Positions 1-8,468 of a stretch of DNA of 64,000 bases are shown here, piece after piece (within the stretch, counting starts at the first letter, position 1; each line of letters starts with the position of its first letter). Source of the DNA: Candidatus Aldehydirespiratoraceae bacterium (GTDB lineage: Bacteria; Actinomycetota; Acidimicrobiia; Acidimicrobiales; Aldehydirespiratoraceae); the NCBI GenBank assembly GCA_965261185.1, contig CBDHCN010000002.1, positions 2,346,506 through 2,410,505 on the forward strand, in the 5' to 3' direction. The position numbers were made by a program, and so were the translations under genes. The notes beneath the pieces were generated by a model that did not search any database, was not told the DNA's origin, and saw only the letters and a program-made list of their open reading frames with translations.

Positions 1-196
1 CTCTGGGTTTCGCTAGGTCACGCCTTAGGTAGCCGGCATCTCGGAGGTTGTCGAGATGGCACTTGACGGTGGCGGGGGAGCGCAACCCGACCGCTTCGCC
101 GATTTCGCGCACGGACGGGGGATACCCGCGATCGTGAACGTGAGAGACAATCACATCAAGGATCTCTCGCTGACGGGTTGTGAGCGTGTCGGACAT
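1..196 (-). CDS. lexA: LexA repressor, N-terminal part (gene continues beyond the left edge)
   Basis: Minus-strand translation from the ATG at 196 gives [60 protein letters not shown]..., a typical LexA winged-HTH domain. GGAGG lies 5 nt upstream and SOS boxes lie 140-210 bp upstream. It is absent from the ORF track because the window edge cuts it. Confidence 0.85.
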   Translation of the reverse strand, partial: MSDTLTTRQREILDVIVSHVHDRGYPPSVREIGEAVGLRSPATVKCHLDNLRDAGYLRRDLAKPR

Positions 197-200
197 TTTT

Positions 201-305
201 GCCTCCGTGGGTGAGGTTGCCTCCGTGGGTGAGGTTGCCTCCGTGGGTGAGGTTGCCTCCGTGGGTGAGGTCGCCTCCGTGGGTGAGGTCGCCTCGGTGG
301 GTGAC
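201..305. repeat. 18-bp tandem repeat GCCTCCGTGGGTGAGGT(T/C), about 5.8 copies, abutting the lexA start codon
   Basis: Read directly: units at 201-218, 219-236, 237-254, 255-272, 273-290 and a partial unit at 291-305. On the lexA strand each unit contains GGAGG. Confidence 0.95.
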
Positions 306-336
306 TTCCGCGAAATTACAAGCTTGTTGGTTGACA

Positions 337-352
337 ACGAACAAATGTTCGT
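337..352. promoter_or_regulatory. SOS (LexA) box ACGAAC-AAAT-GTTCGT
   Basis: Near-perfect match to the actinobacterial LexA operator TCGAAC-N4-GTTCGA. It sits in the lexA / LysM-gene divergent intergenic region. Confidence 0.65.
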
Positions 353-363
353 GTTCAATGGTA

Positions 364-379
364 TCGAACGGATGTTCGA
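364..379. promoter_or_regulatory. SOS (LexA) box TCGAAC-GGAT-GTTCGA (perfect palindrome arms)
   Basis: Exact match to the actinobacterial/mycobacterial LexA operator consensus, located between lexA and the divergently transcribed LysM gene. Confidence 0.8.
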
Positions 380-393
380 CAGACATATGTTCG

Positions 394-409
394 CCAAACA
401 TTCGTTCGA
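394..409. promoter_or_regulatory. Weaker SOS-like box CCAAAC-ATTC-GTTCGA
   Basis: The right half-site is perfect and the left half-site is degenerate. Confidence 0.35.
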
Positions 410-460
410 TGTCAAGCATCTTTTCGAGATTCTCACCGAAACCACTTATACGCCGGTGAG

Positions 461-498
461 TGTCACACCCCAGGAGCAATGTCACACCCCAGGAGCAG
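461..498. repeat. 19-bp tandem duplication TGTCACACCCCAGGAGCA(A/G) x2 just upstream of the LysM gene start
   Basis: Read directly (461-479 and 480-498). Each unit carries AGGAG. Confidence 0.9.
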
Positions 499-507
499 AG
501 TGGAGTC

Positions 508-984
508 ATGACTGCAATTCTTGCCTACCCAGCAAATCCCCCTTCTGTTCGCCAGCGTGTCACAGTTCCGTCCAGGGTTGGGCCGGTCCGTGCTCATGAC
601 CCCCGTGCTCATGACCCCCGTGCTCATGGCCCCCGTGCTCATGACCCCCGTGCTCATGGCCCCCGTGCTCATGACCGAGGCGTCGTTCAACCCGTTGAGG
701 TGTATCGGCGCCGCCGTCTGCTTGTGCTAGCCGTCGTCTTGTCGTTGCTTGTTGGTCTTTGGTCGCTCGCCCGTTCGGCGCAGTCGGCTACTACTCATGA
801 GACCCGGTCTCCTGATGCGATTGTCGTGGTTGTGCAACCGGGCGACACACTCTGGGCTATCGCCTCATGGCTTGATCCAGGCGCCGACCCTCGCTCGCTA
901 GTCGAAGCGCTAAGCGGCATCGCCGGTTCCGACACGCTGAAGCCAGGTCAGCATTTGGTAATCCCCAGTCACCTGCTCGAGTGA
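508..984 (+). CDS. SOS-regulated LysM-domain membrane protein (ChiZ/Rv2719c-like architecture)
   Basis: Part of ORF 460..984. The ATG at 508 is preceded by GGAG. The protein has a disordered N-tail with HDPRA repeats, a TM helix (LLVLAVVLSLLVGLWSL) and a C-terminal LysM (VVVVQPGDTLWAIASWL...LKPGQHLVIP). It is divergent from lexA with SOS boxes, as in the M. tuberculosis lexA/Rv2719c pair. Confidence 0.7.
   Translation: MTAILAYPANPPSVRQRVTVPSRVGPVRAHDPRAHDPRAHGPRAHDPRAHGPRAHDRGVVQPVEVYRRRRLLVLAVVLSLLVGLWSLARSAQSATTHETRSPDAIVVVVQPGDTLWAIASWLDPGADPRSLVEALSGIAGSDTLKPGQHLVIPSHLLE
589..676. repeat. 15-bp in-frame tandem repeat CGTGCTCATG(A/G)CCCC, about 5.9 copies
   Basis: Read directly. It encodes the (H[D/G]PRA)n stretch in the N-terminal tail of the LysM protein. 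Confidence 0.95.
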
Positions 985-1009
985 GGCGGCGGGGATGATG
1001 ATTGGCCAG

Positions 1010-1756
1010 TCATGCCCGCGTGTAGCGAGCAAAGAGCAGATCGTCTTCGGCAAGCAATCGGCTCAGGCGCATTTGCGTGGGGATGGCTTTCTCGGCGCCA
1101 GTAACGATGCGCGACGAAGTGCCGCCGGCGAGGATTGGCGAGATGCTGACACACATTTCGTCAACGAGTCCTGCCTGCACCATCTGGCCGTTCCAGGTTG
1201 GTCCGCCTTCACAAAGCACTACCTCCGCGCCCCGTTCATAAAGTTCGTTGAGCACTGCGTCGGGTTGCGGTCTGGGCATGGGGAGGCGAACAATTTCGGC
1301 GTTGAGAGCGGCGAGCTTCTGCGGATCTGCTTGTTCACCGGTGATGACGAGCGGGCGCTGCTGGTCGTCCTCGATGGCGTCGGCAAACGCCGGAATCGTC
1401 GGGTCGATAGCTCCGCTGGCAGTCAAGACAGCCAAGCGAGGGACGGCGGAACGACCAGTTCTCAGTCGGCGCTCAACTACAGCCTCGTTTCGTTTCGGAG
1501 TTCCGTAGCTCTCAGCGCCGGCGGTGCCAGATGCGACCAGAATCCAATCACAGCTAGCTCGTACCGCGCGAAACACGGCGCTGTCTGCGGGTCCTCCGAG
1601 GTCACCGCTCAGGCCCTTGATGGCAGTGGCGCCGTCAAGGCTGGCGATCATATTGACCATGACCCACGGGCGGTTCAACGGTGCTGGCCGAGGATCGTCC
1701 AGATAGATGTCAAGCGGGTCAACGCCTTCGATCCAGGTGGGAAGAATCTGCTGCAC
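1010..1756 (-). CDS. RibD C-terminal domain / dihydrofolate-reductase-family (pyrimidine reductase-like) protein
   Basis: Part of ORF 1010..1876. Motifs RPWVMVNMIASLDGA and VLCEGGPTWNGQMVQAGLVDEMCVSISP are typical of the RibD_C fold. The start was moved to the GTG at 1756 (VQQILPTW...) by analogy with family N-termini; the ATG at 1876 remains possible. Confidence 0.7.
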   Translation of the reverse strand: MQQILPTWIEGVDPLDIYLDDPRPAPLNRPWVMVNMIASLDGATAIKGLSGDLGGPADSAVFRAVRASCDWILVASGTAGAESYGTPKRNEAVVERRLRTGRSAVPRLAVLTASGAIDPTIPAFADAIEDDQQRPLVITGEQADPQKLAALNAEIVRLPMPRPQPDAVLNELYERGAEVVLCEGGPTWNGQMVQAGLVDEMCVSISPILAGGTSSRIVTGAEKAIPTQMRLSRLLAEDDLLFARYTRA

Positions 1757-2178
1757 TGCCGCCGACCTTACCGTTGCGAGTCCCGTTTTTGCAGGGTCCC
1801 GCCTACGACAACCACAGACGCCTTGCGTTGTCCACCGCAGGAGGCGAACTTGTGGATATAACCCGTAGAAATCCACAACTAAATCAGATTGTCATCCACT
1901 TCTCATCCACAAGCAAGTGGCCGTAGAGTTGTCTCCGCTGTGTGGTTCGGATCGCCAGGATGGTGGTGCGAAACGTCTCAGACGAGAGTCGAATCAGTTC
2001 CTTGGGGGTACCAAGTAGGGAATGTGGGATCCGCCGCAAACTCGTCTTCCCCCTAACCCGGGAAGATCCGACCACACGGCAAACCTAAGTACGTAATCCT
2101 CATCTTGAAAAATTTTTTACTCGCAAAAAATGATCGAGCTACTCTGTTTATGACGGCGCTCGAAAGGAGCCCCGCCAT

Positions 2179-5037
2179 ATGACGCTTGTATCTGAGCGAG
2201 CCAACCTCGGCATCCGTCGCCGCTTCACGGTCCAAGGCGCCGATCCGTTCACGGACATGGAATGGGAACATCGCGAAGCGCGGCTGATCGACCATCGTGA
2301 TGGTTCTGTGACCTTTGAGCAGCTCGCAGTGGAAGTACCCAGTTCCTGGAGCCAGAACGCAACCAACATCCTGGCCCAGAAGTATTTCCGCGGGACGCTG
2401 GGCATGCCAGAGCGCGAGTCGTCGCTGCGCCAGGTCGTTTCTCGGGTGGTCAACACGATTACAGCCTGGGGCGAGCGTGATGGTTACTTCGTTGATGCCG
2501 AGGAGGCAGACAGCTTCCGAGCCGAACTCGCCCACCTGTTGGTTAACCAGAAGGCGGCGTTCAACTCGCCGGTCTGGTTCAACATCGGTGTAGAGGGCGT
2601 TCCTCAACAGGCGTCGGCTTGCTTCATTTTGTCGGTCGACGACAACATGGAGTCGATCCTCAACTGGTATGCCGAGGAGGGCCGGATCTTCAAGGGAGGA
2701 AGCGGAGCCGGAGCGAACCTCTCACGCATCCGCGCTTCAACGGAAGGCCTTGCTGGTGGTGGCACTGCTAGTGGCCCGGTGAGCTTTATGCGCGGCGCCG
2801 ATGCCTCCGCGGGCACGATCAAATCTGGAGGCAAGACCCGCCGTGCCGCCAAGATGGTGATTCTTGATGTCGATCACCCCGATGTCGAAGAGTTCATCTG
2901 GTGCAAGGCGCGTGAAGAACGAAAGGCACATGCGCTGGAGGCAGCTGGTTTCGACATGAGCCTGGACGGAATGGATATTCACTCGGTCCAGTACCAGAAC
3001 GCCAACAACTCCGTGCGTGTAACCAATGAGTTCATGCAAGCCGTCCTCGACGACTCCGACTGGGCTTTCACTGCTCGCGGCGATGGTTCGGTGACTCGCA
3101 CGGTGAAGGCCCGCAGCTTGTTGCGTCAAGTTGCTGAAGCGTCCTGGGAGTGTGCGGATCCCGGGATCCAATTCGACAGCACCATCAACCATTGGCATAC
3201 AGCGGCTAACACTGGTCGTATCAACGCCAGCAATCCCTGCTCGGAGTACCTGCACTTAGACGACTCGGCCTGCAATTTGGCATCGCTCAACCTGCTTGCC
3301 TTCCACAGCGGTGACGGCACCGACGGTTTTGATATCGAAGGGCTCGCTCATGCGGTGCGGATTGTTTTCACCGCCCAAGAGATCTTGGTTGGCAACGCCG
3401 ATTACCCCACCGACAAGATTGCCCAAAATGCCCGAGATTTCCGTCAACTAGGCCTCGGCTACGCCAATCTTGGTGCGTTGTTGATGACTCTGGGGCTGCC
3501 CTACGACTCGGACGCAGGGCGTGCGGTAGCCGCTTCGATAACCGCGCTGATGACCGGAGAGGCTTATTGCCAGTCGACGAAACTGGCGGCACGCATGGGT
3601 TCTTTCAGCGGATTCAACGAAAATCGTGAACACATGTTGCGAGTTCTCGACCAGCACCGCGCAGCGGTAGCCGACATCGACGAAAACCTTGCGCCGACCC
3701 CCATTCTTGAGGCCGCGCAACAGGCCTGGGATCAAACCTGTGAGTTCGCTGCGAGCCGTGGCGTCCGCAATGCGCAGGCCACCGTCTTGGCGCCCACCGG
3801 AACCATCGGCCTGCTTATGGACTGCGATACAACGGGCGTGGAACCCGACCTTGGGCTGGTGAAGTTTAAGCGTCTGGTTGGCGGCGGGACGATGAGCTTC
3901 GTGAACCAATCGGTGCCTCACGCTTTGCGCAACCTCGGTTACAGCCCCGATGCGGTTGAAGCCATCGTCGCCTACATCAACACCCATCACGGCGCGGTCG
4001 GAGCCCCCGGACTTGATCCCAGTGATCTTGCGGTATTCGCCTGCTCATTGGGCAGCGACCCGATCCACTACCTCGGTCATCTAAAGATGATGGGTGCGGT
4101 GCAGCCGTTCATTTCTGGAGCGATCTCCAAGACGGTCAACCTGCCAGAAGAGGCCACGATCACCGATATCGAATTGCTGCTTATTGAGTCCTGGCAGATG
4201 GGGCTCAAAGCCGTTGCGCTCTACCGCGACAACTGCAAGGTCGCACAACCGCTCTCCACTGGAGTCGCCACACCCAGCGGCGCTGAGAACGGCTCAACTA
4301 AAAGCGCGGCGGACGGTTCGGGAACCCTCACTCTTGACGGTTGGAACAACGCCACTAAAGAAGTTGGCTCGACCAGCCCCGGCACTACGAAGCGACCCGA
4401 GAGCACCGTGGAAACGCCCGCAAATCAGCCGGTGCGGGAGCGTTTGCCCCGGACCCGCACCAGCGAAACGTTCGAGTTTCGAGTGGCAGATTGCAAGGGC
4501 TTCGTCACGGTCGGCCTGTACGCAGACGGACGACCAGGCGAAATCTTCGTGCGGGTCTCGAAGCAAGGTTCCACCTTGGCAGGGATTATGGACGCGTTCG
4601 CCATTTCGCTCAGCCACGGTCTCCAATACGGAGTGCCGCTGAGCGCTTTCGTGCAGGCTTTCGTGGGTATGCGGTTCGAACCCGCGGGGATGACCGACGA
4701 TCCAGAGATTCGCATCGCCAACAGTCTGATGGACTATCTGTTCCGCAGGCTCGCAGTCATGTATTTGAGCGATGATGAACGCTCCCGTCTTGGAATATTC
4801 ACCACCGACGAACGAGTCCAACCGACTCTGCCCGGGGTTGAAGAGCAGGTCACCAAGACTGTGCAGGGATCCGATATTCCGCCTCACCGAGCAACCTCAG
4901 CTTCGGCGGCTCAACTCGCGTTCGAGGTTGACGGCGGTTCAGGTGCGCCATTCTGCATGTCGTGTGGGGTTCGGATGCGAAGAACTGGCGCCTGCTACGT
5001 CTGCGGTGACTGCGGCACCACCAGCGGTTGTAGTTAG
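2179..5037 (+). CDS. nrdJ: Vitamin B12-dependent (class II) ribonucleotide reductase
   Basis: 952-aa ORF. The N-terminus RRFTVQGADPFTDMEWEHREARL...WSQNATNILAQKYFRG, the catalytic core and the C-terminal Cys-rich tail (CMSCGVRMRRTGACYVCGDCG) are typical of actinobacterial NrdJ. AGGAG lies upstream of the ATG. Confidence 0.95.
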   Translation: MTLVSERANLGIRRRFTVQGADPFTDMEWEHREARLIDHRDGSVTFEQLAVEVPSSWSQNATNILAQKYFRGTLGMPERESSLRQVVSRVVNTITAWGERDGYFVDAEEADSFRAELAHLLVNQKAAFNSPVWFNIGVEGVPQQASACFILSVDDNMESILNWYAEEGRIFKGGSGAGANLSRIRASTEGLAGGGTASGPVSFMRGADASAGTIKSGGKTRRAAKMVILDVDHPDVEEFIWCKAREERKAHALEAAGFDMSLDGMDIHSVQYQNANNSVRVTNEFMQAVLDDSDWAFTARGDGSVTRTVKARSLLRQVAEASWECADPGIQFDSTINHWHTAANTGRINASNPCSEYLHLDDSACNLASLNLLAFHSGDGTDGFDIEGLAHAVRIVFTAQEILVGNADYPTDKIAQNARDFRQLGLGYANLGALLMTLGLPYDSDAGRAVAASITALMTGEAYCQSTKLAARMGSFSGFNENREHMLRVLDQHRAAVADIDENLAPTPILEAAQQAWDQTCEFAASRGVRNAQATVLAPTGTIGLLMDCDTTGVEPDLGLVKFKRLVGGGTMSFVNQSVPHALRNLGYSPDAVEAIVAYINTHHGAVGAPGLDPSDLAVFACSLGSDPIHYLGHLKMMGAVQPFISGAISKTVNLPEEATITDIELLLIESWQMGLKAVALYRDNCKVAQPLSTGVATPSGAENGSTKSAADGSGTLTLDGWNNATKEVGSTSPGTTKRPESTVETPANQPVRERLPRTRTSETFEFRVADCKGFVTVGLYADGRPGEIFVRVSKQGSTLAGIMDAFAISLSHGLQYGVPLSAFVQAFVGMRFEPAGMTDDPEIRIANSLMDYLFRRLAVMYLSDDERSRLGIFTTDERVQPTLPGVEEQVTKTVQGSDIPPHRATSASAAQLAFEVDGGSGAPFCMSCGVRMRRTGACYVCGDCGTTSGCS

Positions 5038-5076
5038 AGGCGAGCGAACCGCCTGAGATCACGGTTACCAACAGAT

Positions 5077-6996
5077 GTGGGCCATACTGCGCCTATGACC
5101 GACAGCGACCGGCAACCCAAGGCGGCCACCTCTCATACTTCACGGCGCAACGCGGCTGTTGCCGCAGTGCTGTCCCTTGATGACCCCGGCGATTTCGCGC
5201 GTGCCAGTCGAGGGCTGATCGCCACCCACCCGACCGGAGTCATTGAGGCTCCGCACGGCATTGCCTGGGATGTTTCTCGCCATGATTTCAACCGGGGAGA
5301 CACGCCTGCTCCGCCCCCGGTAAATCCGAGCCTCTGGCGTCAAGGTCAACTCAACGCCATTCATGGTCTGTTCGAAGTGGCCGACGGCGTTTGGCAAGTC
5401 CGCGGCTACGACATCTCGAATATGACGCTGATAGCGAGCGACCACGGTTGGCTGATCGTTGATGTTCTGACAACTACTGCAACTGCGGCGGCTTGCCTTG
5501 AATTGGCCAACAATGTGCTTGGCCATCGGGAGGTTCAGGCTGTGATCTATACACACAGCCACGCCGATCACTTCGGCGGGATCCATGGTGTCACCACTCA
5601 AGAGGCGGCGGACGCCGGCGATGTTCGCATCATCGCGCCAGATGGGTTCCTGCGCGAGGCGGTCAGCGAAAACGTGATCGCAGGCCCGGCGATGGGTCGC
5701 CGGGCGGGTTATATGTTCGGGCCTTTGCTGACACCGGGTCCGTTGGGCCATGTCGATTCTGGCCTCGGCAAGATTATTCCTCGGGCCGCTTCGGGTTTGA
5801 TCGCTCCGACCGAAGAGATTTCGGTTACCGGAACTGAGCTTGATGTCGATGGGATTCGGGTGGTCTTCCAAAACACTCCGGGTGGAGAGGCACCAGCGGA
5901 GATGAACTTTCTGTTTCCCGACATGCGGGTCTTGTGCATGGCCGAGAACTGCACCCACACGATGCACAATATTTTGACGCCCCGAGGTGCTCAGGTCCGT
6001 GATGCTCTGGGCTGGAGCAAGTACATCAACGAGGCGTTGGAACTCTATATCGATCGCACCGACACGTTGTTCGCGACGCACCACTGGCCGAGGTGGGGTC
6101 AAGACGATGCCCGAGAGTTCTTGGTCAAACAGCGTGATGTGTATCGCTGGCTTCATGACCAGACGATGCGCTTGGCGAACCACGGTTTCACCGCTCCCGA
6201 GATCGCCGAGCAGCTGCAGCTACCGGAGTGCTTCGCGGCGCAGGGGCACACGCGGGAGTACTACGGAACGGTCAACCACAACTCCAAAGCTGTTTATCAG
6301 CGCTATCTCGGAGCTTTCGACGGCAACCCTGCGACACTCAATCCGCATCCCCCGTCGGCAGCGGGTGTCCGCTATGTCGAGGCAATGGGCGGCCGAGATG
6401 AGGTGTTGCACAAGGCCCGAACAGCTTTCGATGAAGGTGATTATCGCTGGGCCGCGCAGATGCTCAACCATCTAGTGTTCGCCGAACCCGATTATCAGCC
6501 TGGCCGCTTGCTGGCGGCGGACGCACTTGAACAACTCGGTTATCAGGCCGAATCGGGGCCGTGGCGCAACATTTATCTGACCGGAGCGCTTGAACTCCGT
6601 GAAGGGGTGCGGGGTGTGGGTGGACGGGGTCGAGCGTTGACCACCGCGCTGACGGTCGAGCAAATTTTCGACGCGCTTGGTGTGCATCTGATGGCCGAAC
6701 GTGTCGTCGATCAGCGGGTGCTCATCAACTGGGAATTCACCGACGTTGGCGAGAAGCATGCGCTCGGTCTGCAAAATTGTGCTTTGCACCACATTGCGGG
6801 CCGCCATGAAGCTGGTGCAGATGCCACTTTGACGCTCACCAAGGACCTACTGGGTGAGCTTTTGACAGGTCGTACGACAGCGATAGACGCTATAGGCGAT
6901 GGTCGCCTTCAGATCGACGGCGACGTCGATGCACTGCTCGTTTTGTTTGGCGCCCTTGATCAGTTCGATGGTGCCTTCAACATCGTAGAACCCTAA
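5077..6996 (+). CDS. Alkyl/aryl-sulfatase (MBL-fold, SdsA1/YjcS type)
   Basis: 639-aa ORF with the metallo-beta-lactamase motif YTHSHADHFGG, a dimerisation domain and an SCP2-like C-terminus. The size and layout fit type III sulfatases. Confidence 0.85.
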   Translation: MGHTAPMTDSDRQPKAATSHTSRRNAAVAAVLSLDDPGDFARASRGLIATHPTGVIEAPHGIAWDVSRHDFNRGDTPAPPPVNPSLWRQGQLNAIHGLFEVADGVWQVRGYDISNMTLIASDHGWLIVDVLTTTATAAACLELANNVLGHREVQAVIYTHSHADHFGGIHGVTTQEAADAGDVRIIAPDGFLREAVSENVIAGPAMGRRAGYMFGPLLTPGPLGHVDSGLGKIIPRAASGLIAPTEEISVTGTELDVDGIRVVFQNTPGGEAPAEMNFLFPDMRVLCMAENCTHTMHNILTPRGAQVRDALGWSKYINEALELYIDRTDTLFATHHWPRWGQDDAREFLVKQRDVYRWLHDQTMRLANHGFTAPEIAEQLQLPECFAAQGHTREYYGTVNHNSKAVYQRYLGAFDGNPATLNPHPPSAAGVRYVEAMGGRDEVLHKARTAFDEGDYRWAAQMLNHLVFAEPDYQPGRLLAADALEQLGYQAESGPWRNIYLTGALELREGVRGVGGRGRALTTALTVEQIFDALGVHLMAERVVDQRVLINWEFTDVGEKHALGLQNCALHHIAGRHEAGADATLTLTKDLLGELLTGRTTAIDAIGDGRLQIDGDVDALLVLFGALDQFDGAFNIVEP

Positions 6997-7016
6997 GGAA
7001 CGAGCGAACAGGGCGG

Positions 7017-7496
7017 TTAGCTGTCGTCGCTTGCGAGCGACTTCTTGTGGCGGAGGTACGTCTTGACCATTTCTGCGAACTTGGCCGGGTTGTAGACGTC
7101 CTCTTCGTATTTCCACTTTCCGTTGCCGGCGTACTTGAGGAGCGTGAAGTTGCCCTCCTCGTGAACCGAACCGTCACCCGGATCTGCCATTCGATTCAAG
7201 ACACGGCAGACGATCCAGCCCTTCTCTTCATCAATGACATACCAGTCGATGGGGTAGTAGATCATCTCATTGTTGGGCCAGGTGTCCATCGTCTCCTGGA
7301 TCCAGTTGTAGATGGCTTCGCGGCCACCCAGCGTCCCGAAGTGATGTTCGATATAGGTGGCGTCCTCGGTGAATTGGTCAGCCCACTCCCGCCAGTCGTG
7401 CGTCATTCCGGCCTTGAGTGCCCGCGCTTGGTACTTTTCGAACTCTTCTTCCAACTCGTCCCTGCTCCAACGGCCCATTTGTGTCTCCTGTCTCAC
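7017..7496 (-). CDS. Nuclear transport factor 2 / SnoaL-like family protein
   Basis: 159-aa ORF. Its W/Y-rich alpha+beta barrel pattern (YIEHHFGTLGGREAIYNWI...WIVCRVLNRM) is typical of the SnoaL-like fold. Confidence 0.65.
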   Translation of the reverse strand: MRQETQMGRWSRDELEEEFEKYQARALKAGMTHDWREWADQFTEDATYIEHHFGTLGGREAIYNWIQETMDTWPNNEMIYYPIDWYVIDEEKGWIVCRVLNRMADPGDGSVHEEGNFTLLKYAGNGKWKYEEDVYNPAKFAEMVKTYLRHKKSLASDDS

Positions 7497-7529
7497 TAGC
7501 GGCGTTGCTCGTCTTGGTTGGCCATTCTG

Positions 7530-8435
7530 TCAGCTTGCTGCTCGTTGATCTACATAGGCCGGCACACAGTTGAGCGGAGGTCGTTCGTCGACTTGCGCTT
7601 CGACCGGCTCAAGGTCTGGTCGAAGCAAGTGATGAGTCCAGTTCGATCGCCACTCGATGCCGGCGCGGTGAAGCGCTGCGTGAAGGATCTCCATGGCTTG
7701 CACAGACAGTTCGTCAAGCAAGCGATTTCGGTGTACCCGCACCCCGAGGTCGACCTGGGCGAGCCGGGCAAGACCCACCAGATCGGCGATGTCTATGAGC
7801 AGCCCGGTTTCGACGCCGTAGCCGGTGTTGAACGGCACCTGTTCGAGAATCGTGCGCCGTGCAGCGTATTCACCGCCGAGCGGTTGGCGCACAGAGTTGA
7901 GATGAGGGAAAAGAGTGCCTAGTAAAGGGCGGGCCATGAGTTCTGTGGTGCGGCCTCCGCCTGTGCCACCAATCTCGGGTCGTTCGAAGTAGCCCTTCAC
8001 CATCGCCACTTCGGGGTCTGCTAGTAGAGGTCCGAGAAGACCGGTGACGCAACTGGGAGTGAACGAGGTGAGATCCGCGTCGATCCACACGATCAGATCT
8101 CCGTAGCAAGCTGCCACGCTCTTCCATAAGACGTTGCCTTTGCCGCGGCTAGGCCCGGCTTCCGGCAGCACATCGTCGACTGCCACGACCCTGGCGCCCT
8201 GCAGGCGGGCGGTCTTGGCGGTCGCGTCGGCGCTCCGGTCGTCCATCACCACGATCTCGTCGACCAAGCGCACTTCGGTATTGGCGAGATGATTGCGGAT
8301 GGAAGCAACAATGGTGCCCACAGTGGCCTCTTCGTTGCGTGCCGGAATGCAAACCGAGATGAGCTGGTCGCCCTTTTTTGCGAGCAGTAGGTCCAGTGGA
8401 AAACTACTGGCGCAATAGCTTCTGACATCATTCAT
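7530..8435 (-). CDS. gpgS: Glucosyl-3-phosphoglycerate synthase (GT81)
   Basis: This is the C-terminal 301 codons of the 706-aa track ORF, starting at the ATG at 8435 (MNDVRSY...). It contains ISVCIPARNEEATVG, VMDDRSADAT, GKGNVLWKS and WIDADL, typical of actinobacterial GpgS. The upstream 400 codons of the track ORF are antisense to yihY. Confidence 0.85.
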   Translation of the reverse strand: MNDVRSYCASSFPLDLLLAKKGDQLISVCIPARNEEATVGTIVASIRNHLANTEVRLVDEIVVMDDRSADATAKTARLQGARVVAVDDVLPEAGPSRGKGNVLWKSVAACYGDLIVWIDADLTSFTPSCVTGLLGPLLADPEVAMVKGYFERPEIGGTGGGRTTELMARPLLGTLFPHLNSVRQPLGGEYAARRTILEQVPFNTGYGVETGLLIDIADLVGLARLAQVDLGVRVHRNRLLDELSVQAMEILHAALHRAGIEWRSNWTHHLLRPDLEPVEAQVDERPPLNCVPAYVDQRAAS

Positions 8436-8468
8436 GCGAGTTCCATCACAGCACGTAGCCTCGAAGCA

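Noticed and set aside
156-599. ORFs 180..599 (+, GEVASV repeats), 199..459 (+) and 156..509 (-, THGG[D/N]L repeats).
   Set aside because: They exist only because the 18-bp tandem repeat is open in all frames. They span the SOS boxes and the lexA start, and have no start context or protein-like remainder.
201-676. Tandem repeats considered as a CRISPR array.
   Set aside because: The units are contiguous (15-19 bp) with no spacers, and there are no cas genes in the window.
995-1861. 288-aa plus-strand ORF.
   Set aside because: It is antisense to the RibD_C-like gene, whose translation carries family motifs. This one does not.
1920-2070. Cobalamin riboswitch upstream of nrdJ (strings such as GGGAATGTGGGATCCGCCGCAAAC).
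   Set aside because: I could not find a convincing B12 box or the conserved core. Biologically, B12 riboswitches repress the B12-independent RNR genes rather than nrdJ. It needs cmsearch (RF00174) to exclude completely.
4240-4440. Low-complexity insertion in NrdJ (STGVATPSGAENGSTKSAADGSG...), considered as an intein or domain insertion.
   Set aside because: It has no intein splice motifs (no Cys/Ser-...-HN-Cys junctions). It looks like the flexible linker that commonly precedes the C-terminal domain of actinobacterial NrdJ.
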